A stretch of DNA of 64,000 nt from Blasia pusilla (taxonomy: Eukaryota), in the NCBI GenBank assembly GCA_050084515.1, contig CM114271.1:13950001-14014000 (forward strand), given 5' to 3'. The notes below the pieces were generated by a model. That model ran no database searches. It was not told the origin of the DNA and was given only the letters and a program-made list of their open reading frames with translations. The position numbers were made by a program, and so were the translations under genes. Shown here piece after piece: positions 26,810 to 38,711 of the stretch (within the stretch, counting starts at the first letter, position 1; every line of letters begins with the position of its first letter).

Positions 26810-29800
26810 ATGGTGAAATACACAAAATATTCCACTACATTACAATGTGATACTATCCAGACCCCACCGCCTGGTCCTTTTTTAAGAGAACACCTCATTT
26901 GGTATGGTGACCGAAAGGAGGCATGGATTCCTGCTGAAAGGGTACATGACTTCATCCGTGGTGAAGAATATAGACCGCATTATCAAACTACTTTCTGAAT
27001 CAGCAAGACTGATAAATCAGGACACAAGAGTCTTACCATTCGATATTGGTGCGCATATGGACCGCATGATTGTAGGGGTTCGGTTTGGACATCTTTGCCC
27101 AACAAGGTCTTTGACCCTAACATTCGTCGTATAGGGGGCAAGGGTAGCAGGCCAGAAAACCAGAGCACACGCCTTGGACTATCTCAAGGACGCGGATGCC
27201 AATTTCACTTCGCTGTAGTCTATCCATCAGATTGTGTTGGCTTCTGTATGATAAGGCATCTTCATTCAAACCATGTGGACAAGGAAGGTCGGATATGCCA
27301 TGGTGACTTGGATAAGACAGCAGATATTGCAAATGCAATTGTCGCCCCGAAACTAAGTTTGCACTGCAGGGATTTTGTAGAGCGCTTGTTACGAGTGAAT
27401 GTAAGCCCCAAGAATATCACGAAAGAGCATAGGAGGTGGATTCGCGTACACATCCGTGAAAACCCCAATCAAAAACATGCATGGGGTAGGGACGCCATGC
27501 TCAAGCATCAAGACATACTAAATATTAAGCATTCTATGCGAAGGCGAGAAGGGGGATATGACGGAACCGATGACGCTACTGCAATTCATCACTGGGTACA
27601 AGCACATCCTGAGAATGTAATTTACTACAGGGAGGCTATTTCCAAGTTGAACCAGTCCTTTTGCCTTGTACTTTCCACACCTTGGATGCTCCAGAATCTC
27701 TTAGAGCTAGGGAACGGCGGGGCCATCTCCATGGACGCAACCCATGGCACAAACACCTACGAGGTTAGTTGGCCTTGATCCTATCATTATTGTAGAATTG
27801 ATGGAGCCATGGAGCAGGGAACCGGAAATGCTCCTACTTAAGGATTGTTTGAAATGCTGGATGTTTTGAACTTAGTGTAAAGTGTATTCAAAGAATACAT
27901 GATTCAAATGTGTGATTTCCACTACTTTCAATGGACATTATAGGTGAGTCAATGCGTTTATCTTCATCGGTAACCATTCCCTTTTGTGCGATTTTTCTTA
28001 CTTACACCCTGGTGCCTGTTTTCATTTGTCTTCTATTGTGAACATTATGTTATGTGTGTTCACAGTATCAATTATTCACATTGCTGGGTTTTGATAAGTT
28101 CCAGAATGGCCTGCCATTGGTATGGGCAATCCTACAACGACATCAACACGAAGATCTGGTAGAGACCTTGTCCCAAATCAAGGACTGGGCACAGAGGAAT
28201 ATACACTCGAGCATGCAAGATACAGAGGCAAATGAATGGAAGCCTTCATGCTTCATTGTGGATGACTCGAAAGAGGAACAATCTGCTATCCGAAATGTAT
28301 CTCCAGGTGTCCCTATTGACCTCTGCCTATGGCATGTTCGCAAGAACTGGTTAAAGAATCTGCATCAACGAGTGCGTTGTCCAATTACGAAAGCGGACAT
28401 GAACAGAGACTTGGGTGGTGTAATGTACTCACGTGATGAAGGTATATCATCAACCACCCTGATAGTACACTTACATGCTTTTCTCTTTCCCTGGATGGTT
28501 TCCTCCACATACCGCTCAGTGACTAATAAATGATTTGCATATGCCATTGCAGATCCCATCGACGCCTCCTATCGGTTCATGCGCAAGTGGGTTGGATCAG
28601 AACGACACTTTGTGAAGTACTATGGAAGCTACTGGCATCCAAAAATTTTGAACTGGGCCAAGGGATACCGCTAGCACGCAAGGTCCAACCAAGATACGAA
28701 CGCTGCAATCGAAAGGTGGCACCACACTCTAAAAATGCACCTAGCATCCAGCATGCCCACCAAGCCAACAAGAAAACTGATATGGCTTGTGCAAATGCTC
28801 ACTGGTGAAATAGAAGATTTCTTCTGGTACCTAGGCTTCTTGAAACGAGAAGGCATGGTGAGAAACAAGGCCATACAAAAAGTTATGCTCATGGCAATTA
28901 AAAGGGCAAATGACATACCGGATAATCATGTCACATTTGATTTGGTAGATGGGAGGAAATGTGCGAAGGTGAAAAGTATTTCAAAGCGGATGTTTGGCAT
29001 GATGTGGTCGACTACGATACAAGAGATCGCTTGTACATGTCCTCGTACAACGAAGGGTTCACTTGTAAACATCAGGTCTGTCTTCATACCCGTCTTTGAC
29101 GTGATTCAGGGTCTTTACATCAGATTTCAGCAAGTTGAATTCCATCTGTTTTAACACACTCCGTCTGCAGGTAAAATGTCTTCTCCTCTGTGGCCACACA
29201 AAAGTTCAGTTGTTGTCTTGCTTAGGAACTCGCTTTGGAAGCAGAGTGGGTGGGTTTGAAAATTTGGTGCAAGAGCCATACAAGGATGAATTACATGATG
29301 AAGATCAGGAACACGAAGATGGAGATATTGGCCATGAAGGACAAGACCATGTGTTTGTTGAACCTACAGGAAGAGATCCGCCACCAAAAACCACCACCAA
29401 GGATGTTCGAGACATCATGGAGAAATGCCTAAACGCTACCCTTGGGGTTCCATTCTCAGATATGCTCCTAGAACACTTGTTTCAACTAGTGCAGAAGGAT
29501 TTAGATTCAGTTTTGAACCTCAAGGCCAGGGTAGAGACTAACACTCACGTTGAAGGTAATGCTAATGACATTGCCACACACTTTCCTGAGCCGTTTGTGG
29601 GGAATGAATCACAGAACCGTAGCCTGCGTAGGCGCCTAATTTGGCTAGACCTCTTGCATTTAAAACAAAGGTCCCGTGGTCCTGTTAGAACTCAGCCGAG
29701 TTTCGAAGAGCACCAAGTGGAATCCTTCCACAGAGTGAGGAAAACTAAGTTTTTGAACATGGAGGCAGAAATGGAAGGGTCGGCATGTATTAGTTTGGAC

Positions 29801-29848
29801 CTGGTGGCTCTATTGAGCCAAGTTGATGAGACCCGTCCCATGGCTTAA
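26810..29848 (+). pseudogene. MULE DDE transposase with SWIM zinc finger, spliced and disrupted
   Basis: Exons ~26810-27763, 28066-28441, 28553-29075, 29171-29848. Motifs RGCQFHF, SMDATHGTN (D), FIVDD (D), LCLWHV (CxxH), DTNAAIERWH (E), CTC...CKHQ (SWIM). Stops at 26996 (TGA) and 28672 (TAG); frameshifts near 28985-29045. Confidence 0.9.
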
Positions 29849-31365
29849 ACGCAGATTCCCAATGGCCTCTCGGTAAACAAAGACACCTCATAGTACATAC
29901 AGGTCTGCCAATGTCTCAAAGAGGACAAAAGTGGACATTATGCTTGATAGCCTTGCTGATTCATCTATTCCATTAGATTGTGAATTACACCCTGGAGCTA
30001 TAGGAGAAACCAATGACGCCCTAATTATCTTGGACTCTCAAGAAGAAACTCTTGTGTGAAAGCCAATTCAATCTCCTTAAATACTGTGAAGTAAAGCGTT
30101 GTAACGTTTTGTAACACGAAGTAGGAGGTGTTACACGGGAACACATGATATACAGTGTTCTGCATGTTTTTAAATCGAACACCTGAAAACATGTGTTCAT
30201 CCCTTATTATGTTGTGCATTCTTGAATAAAACCTTTTGAATCAAGTTTGGTTTCTACCGCGATGGCAGCTCTGACAAGATCCCATTCGGATCCCGTGGGC
30301 ATTTTTGAATCTCATTTATGCACTTTGCTTCTCAAGCCGGTCGGGCACGCATACCTCGCGCGCGCGCACCATTCCACATCGGAGGCTTAACCACGTACAG
30401 GGGGGCGCAGCTATACTGCGTCGTGTTCCACGCCGTAGAGGCAAAACACCGCCACTTTTGTCATAAAGAGATTCCTCTAAACTAGTTGTAACTAAAGAAG
30501 ATAGGCTTGACTAGAAAAAAAACGCTTTGGACACGCTCCCAACCCTACCCTCGAGCCATGTCCCTCTTCGTAAAGTTTTAGCGGCGTCGACCCTACCACA
30601 GCTAACTTAGTTGACCCTAAATTCGTCGCTAAAATAATCATGTGAAACGAATAGCCGTTAAATAATGTTGAAGTGCAACAACGACTTGTCTATAATACGC
30701 GTATGCGATGATATGTAGTGAAACAAAGCATATGCAAGATGAACATCGCAGCTCCAATGTTCATCTTGTTGAACACCTCACAAACAATGTTCCAAGTCCA
30801 TGGATATGTACTAGGCCATGTTTAGAACCTCAACAAGTATAGAAGACCATCAGTTACAAACCAAACATACAGATTTAGATTGTGGACAGGAGTGGCTTCG
30901 GTTGGTTGAATGCGATAAGTGTGTGAAAATGTCGGGACAAAAACAGATTGTCGACAGGAGTTGCCTGAAAGGGTTGAATGCGATAAGCCATAGAAAATGT
31001 CACCCATACATTGGGAACAACACATATCACAGTATGCACTTCGACTTTTCATAAAAAAGGCAATTGCAGAGTACAAGTGTGATTTCTTAAGTTACATCTA
31101 ACCCTGTGGCAACCCGGGAGGAAAGGGATTGCAACACAGAAAAAGAGTGTCGGCGTAAAACAGATTGTCGCATGTGGAGTTGCTGAAAGGGTTGAATGCG
31201 ATAAGCCATAGAAAATGTCACCCATACACCCCGCATCTGCACAGAACAAATCAACAACCGAACCTTTAAGACATGCCAACATAAATTGCATAAATACAAT
31301 GACACCGTCATTGCAAGAGACTGAAATAAGATTGTCTAACCTGTTTTAGCTTCGTGTTGTAGTGC

Positions 31366-34097
31366 TCAAGGAAGGTCTGCAAAACTCACAAACTCTAGCA
31401 GCGGCCATAGATAAGGAACAAAATTGTCCGACTGATAGCCTCTGTTGGGGTGCTCGATGCAAAACCTGAAGCAGCCGCCGTCCATCAATAAATTCAAAGC
31501 ATTCCATGGCACATCAGTAGGCCCGCGGTTCATCATCAAAGATAGTAAACATTTTATACAGAGTCTGCACAATTCCCAACAGCCGGCTATCTATCACACA
31601 ATGTCCATACACATGTAAATTTACACTCTTGAGTAGGTTCAAAATATCACTATAGTCTATCAAAAGTGTGAAAGAAGTTTTAGAGGCATAGATAGCCGCG
31701 GTTCATGTCATTACATGATGAGGGTGCAACTCTAATGTTGGCCCGCAGGAGCAATGCTCGATGACAAAGTTTCCATATCTAAAGCATCCAATGCCGGAGT
31801 CGAAAAAAGGGGCAGCGGAGTAGAATGAAAGTCTCCGCCATCCACATCAAGACATCTTTGGTCTTCACTTGGCACCGCTACCTCCCGCTGCACCGCTACC
31901 TCCTGTTGTATGTGTCCAGCTCCACCCACCTAATTACCAGCCGAAGTGTCTAAGCCCTAAATTAGCATTGGATAGAAACGAATTTGAAGATCATCAATCT
32001 ACTTAACATTAATTTTTGAAAGGGATGGAACACAACCTGGTCACTTCCGCTAAGCACGCGTTCATTGTCCAAGTTCACAGCAACCGCTACAGGGTGTCCA
32101 TCTCCCGTCGGCGCCTGCTGAAAAGCCACATGAATGTGTGAGGCAAGTACAACTCTTCCAGAAAAAATAAATATCTCAAAGGGTTTAGTATAGGAATGTT
32201 CTGTACCTGCAATCCCGTCTCTAAGTCCGTCTTCTTCTTCATTTCGGCCAGCATGATCCTTCTACTCCTTTTCAAGGACTCTTTAGTTTCTCCCGTAGGA
32301 TACTTGGATCTCACAAAGAGGCTCCCTGCACCACCACTTGGTGCAGGTTAGGCGACTTACGGTATCCACGGGATGCTTGGCCTGACCGATACTACTCTTT
32401 GGATGAAGGCGAGGAGATCTCCTGGTATCACGCGTGACCCTGGAAGATCTCTCCATGGTGGGCCTACCGGATCTAGAGGTGGGTCTTAGATTCCGTGGGT
32501 GCACAATGTTAGAGTCAATTGGCTATTCTGAAAATACAGGCTCTACGTCAGGCCGCCCCACCCTCTCCTCCATCCTCTGTGTTCCTGCAGAATCTGGAGA
32601 TCTATGACCATCATCTAGCGAGTCTGAGTCACTGGAGTCCACAATCTCCATATCCACACCGCCCTGCACACATGTTCACCAAATGACCAATCATCTGAAA
32701 TGCACAAGAGTAGAAAGCATGCATAGAATGTACAAACTTAGCCTAATTTCAATGGAGAGGGATAATTCAAGGACTAGAATGAAAGGACAAGATTTGTACC
32801 CTGGACACAGTATCAGCATGGCTGCAGCCAAGTCCATCCACATACATACGTGTCACTTTCTCTCTCATTGCTGCTTATATAAACGGTTTTTTGGCCTTTT
32901 TCCAAACCCGGTAATTATACTTGAACCGAGGGACAAAGTATTGCTCGCTGATGAACCAGGCATGCCGGTGCGCTCTGCGCATCCCATCTAATACTGCAAG
33001 AGACTGCTCCACTTGTTGTTTTCTAGTCTCTAAACCTGCATGCCATCGAAAAGGTTCCTGCCTATCCATCATCCACACAGCAGATAAGTGGTGGAACGCA
33101 ACTCGACATCTCCAATATGTCGCACGATGTACCCTATCAGCAGGTACGTGGGAAGGGAGAAGCTTATGACCGGCCTCTATCCATCCCCTCACTATGAGCG
33201 TAGGGCGCACCAAAGCACTCTCCAATTCCTCCCTGGCCTTCTCAAACTCCTCCACCTTGGCTAAGCATTCCCATGAGGTTTGCTGGAATTCTACAATACG
33301 ATGAGCTTCAAATGCAATCAGCAGATCAGTAAGTGCAGGCATGGGGACATAAGGCCCGGCAGCCCTTGTGGCATGGTCTTTGGCTTTGTTGAGGATAGCA
33401 TTCTTCTTCTGCCGCTTCCGGTTAACCCAACGTTGCAAGACTGTGCCTCTAAGTCTGACATTGGCAGCAGAAGGATGTGTGTGAGTCCCTGCATAGAAGC
33501 GTGTGTGTGAGTCCCTGCATGGAAATCTGCAGTATGACAGAGATTCTGACCCTTAAGCAAAACCAGGCAATTACATGAGCAAAACCAGGCAAGTACATGA
33601 GCAAAACCAGGCAAGTACATTCGCAAAACCAGGGAATTACATGAGCAAAACCAGGGAAGTACATGAGCAAAACCAGGCAAGTACATGAGCAAAACCAGGG
33701 AATTACATGAGCTAAACCAGGGATTCAATCACATAGTGGACCCACTCTTACCCTCATCTTCCTCGTCATCTTCTATGCCTTGAAAATCAGCATCTGACTT
33801 CTTCTTCCCTGTGATACGAGGTGTTCCAGGCACTGGCCTAAGCCAGTGCGAAGCAAGGTGGGAGTTGAAAGCTTCCGGCATGCGGAAAAATTCAATGCAC
33901 TTGGAGCACAAGCAACGTCTTTCGCTTGTGCTCCTCGTCAGAGCAATAGTGGACCCACTCCATTGGATCCCTCCACAGTGATGTTTGGTAAGCCTGCTTT
34001 TGAGAGGGGGGTGGGCTTTTGCCCATAAACGCAGCAAACATGTTTAGAGGCTCAAGGTAGGAAAGCTCTTTCTCCACGTCTCCCTTGTAAAATGGGC
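31366..34097 (-). pseudogene. MULE accessory gene A: spliced, unknown function, with a C2H2 zinc finger; disrupted
   Basis: A series of minus-strand coding-like segments with GT/AG edges (34097-33751, ~33447-32850, 32663-32207, 31950-31732, 31572-31366). CSKCIEFFRMPEAFNSHLASH at 33908-33846. A frameshift precedes the finger and there are in-frame stops. Confidence 0.55.
33556..33722. repeat. 22-bp tandem repeat (agcaaaaccagg(c/g)aa(t/g)tacatg), ~7.5 copies, in a putative intron of gene A
   Basis: Read directly from the sequence. Confidence 0.95.
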
Positions 34098-34407
34098 CCT
34101 ATGTAACAACATTATCAACCATACAAGTAAGCATAAAATAGTTACCTTGGTCATTGAAAGACAACAGGCACATGATGGGATGTGATTTCTCAGGTGGAAT
34201 TTTATTCACCCGGATGAGAGCATACGCATATCAGGTGTAGGCTTATGTGATAACTAGTAAATATGAAACTAAATAAAATGTGAAGAGCTAGACGCAGGGC
34301 AATGAAAATTCGCCATTCGGAATACTAGTATTCGTAGGACGTGCCCATGACCGCCCAAACAACCCATCTAAAAATTAGAAAGAGAAGCTTATGACCGCCA
34401 AGCTCAA

Positions 34408-34563
34408 GTCGTCTACAAGGTAGACGACTTGCCCATCACCGCCCAAACCCGTCGTCTAAAAGATAGACGACTGGCTTGCCCATCACCGCTCAAGCCCGTC
34501 GTCTAAAAGATAGACGACTGGCTTGCCCATCACCGCCCAAGCCCGTCGTCTAAAAGATAGACG
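34408..34563. repeat. 47-bp tandem repeat, each unit with an 8-bp-stem hairpin GTCGTCTA-N5-TAGACGAC
   Basis: Hairpins start at 34408, 34451, 34498 and 34545; the last has a shortened right arm. Confidence 0.93.
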
Positions 34564-34699
34564 TGGGGCTTGTCGTGATTCTCAGCTTACATGAATACTA
34601 TCCCTATATTGAAGTGGTATATGTAGGTACTTCGGTATATGGTTTACGACAAGAACTAGGCCTCAAAAAGTAAACACAAACCCTAAATCTCCTAAACAT

Positions 34700-36162
34700 T
34701 CCCTAGGATTTCAAGATGCAGAAGATTGTCCTCCACCTGCAAGAAGATGAATCAAGCACACCTCATTAGTCACTTGGTTGAATTCGGTCTACGAAGGAAC
34801 ACAACTTGTATGACGAAAGAGGATGAACACACATGCACTATGTGTTAAGAGCTTACCCCGAGCTAAGTTCATAATGGCCAATGAGTTGATAGCTTCGGAT
34901 AAATCCACATGTTGGTCCTTTTCCAAGTGTAGTTGATCATCAATGTCAGTCTGGTCGATAAGGTAAATCCTTTTAGGAGTGACCCCAATCACCCAATCGG
35001 CTATCTGTTGTGATGCCTCCATTAGATTCTTGATCTCTTGAATCTTGTGGGCTGTCACCTTACCTCCCTTGTCACCAACTACAACAAACTCAGTGTTTCC
35101 TCTTTTCTGGAAATAGGAGTGAAACCAAACGTGATTTCCAACCAACCGTGCTTTCGGACTGAAAGCCACGTGGTACCCAGCATCCCTAGCTGCCTGTTCT
35201 ATGCAATGGTATGTATCTAGAGGGAACCCTAGGATGATCCAATCATCCAAATAACTACAGGATAGTATATGTGTGCGCTTTGCAAATAATATGTGCCAGA
35301 TAGAAATTAGGGCATGAGTTTGTATGAATGATGGGACTCACCCATGTTTCAACCGACCCTTGATTGCCAGACAAGAAACGTGTAACATTTTCTGGTTTAC
35401 TAACTAGCATGTTCAAAGTCTGCATCCCATTTGCATCTAAGAACTGGACATTATTGGACATGATGCGAAAAGTAGTACACTACAAGCCCTAAAACTGAGG
35501 CAAATTCACATTCAAGACCTAGGTCGACGGTAGTGGCAGATTTGACAGCAGCAAATTTGACAGCAGCAAGGAATTTGAACGCTTATGTGCTCCCCTGCAA
35601 GAATTGCAAATCTTTGGTAAGGAACTTGATCTGTGTGAGCCATATTTCTACATCGGAAGACATATTCATACCTACATCAAATATTTCGCTTTCGCAGTGG
35701 GTTGGATCTCGAGTGGAGATATCCTCTAAATATGCCTTGTATTTGTGCAAAGAGAGATAGAAGGTCAGCCCACTGGTAAACATATCATGAGACGGAGTCT
35801 GAATGACTATTTACCTTGTGTCTGTGCTCAAAGAAGTTCCACACGATGTACAATAGGCGACACGATGGTTCTGTATGGACGCTTGGAAGAGAACAAAGAC
35901 AGAAAACGTTCAGGTTTTCTTCTCACTAAAATAATTCATGACAGAGCAGCACAACCAAGATTTGCATCATGCGCCCTACATTACTTGGGCAACTGAAAGT
36001 ATTCATTCAAACACGCTTAAGTTGATATATCCCTCACAACCGCATGTTCAGTAACCAGTTCAAACAAAGTTTGTATACTGCAAATAGATTCAAATATATT
36101 TCCATTGCCTGAAAAGTTGCCACACGTTGTACAATAGGCGACACGATGGAGCTGTATGAACA
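34700..36162 (-). CDS. MULE accessory gene B: spliced, unknown protein; exon structure uncertain
   Basis: An open, protein-like exon ~35254-34858 (LDDWIILGFP...MNLAR|gtaag), a short last exon from 34736 (VEDNLLHLEILGNV*), and upstream coding-like segments including two HRVAYCTxCG copies. Confidence 0.45.
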
Positions 36163-37810
36163 CCTGGAAAAATACAGAAACACCAACCTGGTAATTGTCG
36201 AACAAAGTCAGAAAGAGGAGAGTAGAGAAGAGAACGGGCTCCTTAATTTAGTTCAACCTTTTCACTGAAACTCGGTCTTCGTAGACCGCTGCACATTCCC
36301 TCTATCATGCTCGAGATTTATGACCGTCATCGTCGTGACGACAACGGCTGAGGTGATGTGCAAAGCGAAGTCGTGAAGTACAGAGAAATTCAAAGAAACG
36401 AAGTTTCTCCAGTCCTGCTTCTGTTTACGGTTTCTAAGGAACTTTAGGTCCGCATTAATGGACCTAAAGTTCAGATGTCTGACCTAAAGTATCACTACTT
36501 ATCACTTTGGATCTCCTTATGCTCACTCTACCACAACAGATCGGCAGCCTAGTAAGTTGAGGAATTGGTCAGTTTGTGCTATGATATATCCGAAGTAAAT
36601 GGCTACAATTGAGGTAATTCATGCCATGTTTATCATGCATAGATCAATACTTTAGAGCAGAACTAGAATGCAGCGTGCGTGCATTGGGATGAACTTGTTA
36701 ATGACAGACCTAATCATCATGACTGCAGCCTGTGCATGCCTTTCCCTGACGTCAGGGACAAGCAACGAGAATTAGAAATGAAGCAAATTGAAGTAAAGCT
36801 TCTTAGATGCGTTGCTATACACGATCCGACTTCTGATTGTTGCTCGGAAAGGTTTTCCCTGAAGATGCCAGGGACCAGCCAAGTAGAAGTTCGTTGTTTC
36901 AGTGTTCATCTTGTTGAACACCTCACAAACAGTGTTCCAAGTCCATGGATATGTACTAGGCCATGTTCGGAAAAAAGAAACATCAACATCGAACAAGTGC
37001 ACCCCTAAGGTAAAGTGTTGTAACATATCATGACCAATCATGAATTTGGAGTCTTTTGCTTCATTGGGTTGACTCTTTGGATAGGAGTGGGGAGGAAAGA
37101 GTGAAAGTACTCATTTTTCCCAAAGAATAAATGGCAACCCAACGATAAGTAGGTTTTCTAGACAAGATCAAGAAAAAGAACAATCATCTGATGCAAATGG
37201 AACCTCATGTAAGCTAGAGAGACTTGTCCGTTTCAGACTGATTGTTCTTACAATGAAAACAGTGAAATGCATAGTATTGCTGGTATGTTAGGTATTGTAC
37301 CGAACAATTTTGGGTTTGTAAACGCACATCAAAATCTCACCCATGCTAAGATAGAGCGACACGACGACGACCACCGTCCTATACTCATGTTCATCGGGGA
37401 GAAGACGAAGGTACAAAGTGGAGAAAATTTGACTTTCAAAAGACTATCCAGGCAGCAAAAAACGAGGTCACCTACGGTATTTTGAACGGAAAGTGGACAC
37501 CGATAATGAAATCTTGCCGATAATTACGGTAAAATCACATCGCTCCAAATGTATATCAGTCGCTTATCAAAAAAGGAAGCAGTTAATCCACTTTGTGTAA
37601 TCTACCATCTTCCTACTCTAATGTACTCAGATAACAAGCCGCTTGGAGGCGGGGATATTGTCTCCAACTTACACTCCAAATTATCCCGTAGGAACCGTTC
37701 AATGCTCAAAAGTACATTTCCTTATACGCATGGCCGCGGCTGTCTATGGCTTTCGTCTTTGTCATCGAACAATTTTGGGTCATCTTTGAAGTTCATCCTG
37801 TGTATAACAG

Positions 37811-38021
37811 TAAGCTTGAGAGGTAGAAGGAGGATGAAGATGAAGACAACAACAATGGTATCACAAAGAAATACAAACTTAGCATCAAGAAGAGAGGACT
37901 TCGTTCTGAAGCTCGAGCAGCTACTACAACGGATTTGGACATGCAATTGCTCAGTCCCCTTCAGCAGCAGCGTATGAAGTATAAGCAAAGAAAACGGACC
38001 CTTCAGGGTCGGGAAGAGACT
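37811..38021 (+). pseudogene. Captured host exon resembling the C-terminal region of the CWC27/CYP57 spliceosomal cyclophilin
   Basis: Bounded by cag| and |gtaagt. Translates as KLER*KEDEDEDNNNGITKKYKLSIKKRGLRSEARAATTTDLDMQLLSPLQQQRMKYKQRKRTLQGREET, matching the remembered plant CYP57 pattern KLSLKKKG.GSEA...D.DLQL......Q..K.KKRRLQG.E. Confidence 0.65.
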
Positions 38022-38711
38022 GTAAGTCATGCATGGCTTTGAGTTTCAGAAAGGAGTTGACATTGGAGATATGTCGATGTATTTCCTTCTCGAAGATGAA
38101 AGGATGCGGGTGCAAGCTTGTCCAGAAAACTCTGAAAACTCGACTCTGCAAACTCGACGAATATGCCCACAAAACTCTGCAAATTCGATCTCACAGTGGC
38201 TTCATTTCTCTTCGATTGAATGACGACTGAGCGGCTGATCAAAGAAAAGAGGAGAAGAAAAGAGAATAGAAGAGAAACACCAACCTCATAGGCGTAAAGA
38301 AAGCGGATTTGTGGCGGCGAAAGAAAGCTCTCAAGGCGGATATGCGGATTTGGGCAGGCGAATCAAGCTCTCCGAAGTGATAGCGCACACAGCAAAGAAG
38401 TGGCAGGCCGAATTGAAGCTCTCCGAAGTGATAGCGCACACAGCGAAGACCAAAAAGCCTCAGCAAACCGAAAAGACGCACCGGACCGAAATAACGCCGC
38501 AGACTGGCAGGCAGAAACGAAGCTCTCAAGGCGGATTTGCACATTTGCGGCAGGCCGGGACGAATCCCTCAAGTCGATCGTTGGGACCGAAAAGACGCAG
38601 CAGACCAAAAAAACGCAGCAGACCGAAAACACACAGCAGACCGAAAAACGCAGCAGATTGGGTTTCGGGTTTCGGAGTTCGGAGGTGAGGGTTCCGTCCG
38701 CTCCACCCCGT

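Noticed and set aside
34408-34563. CRISPR-like array of palindromic repeats
   Set aside because: The spacers are near-identical, there are no cas genes and the context is eukaryotic. It is a tandem repeat.
36679-37041. Overlapping ORFs on both strands as a further MULE cargo gene
   Set aside because: No recognisable motif or clear splice structure, and the strand cannot be decided.
38366-38444. KLSEVIAHTAKKWQ, resembling an HMG-box helix
   Set aside because: Too short, lies within a local duplication, and the rest of the domain is not visible.
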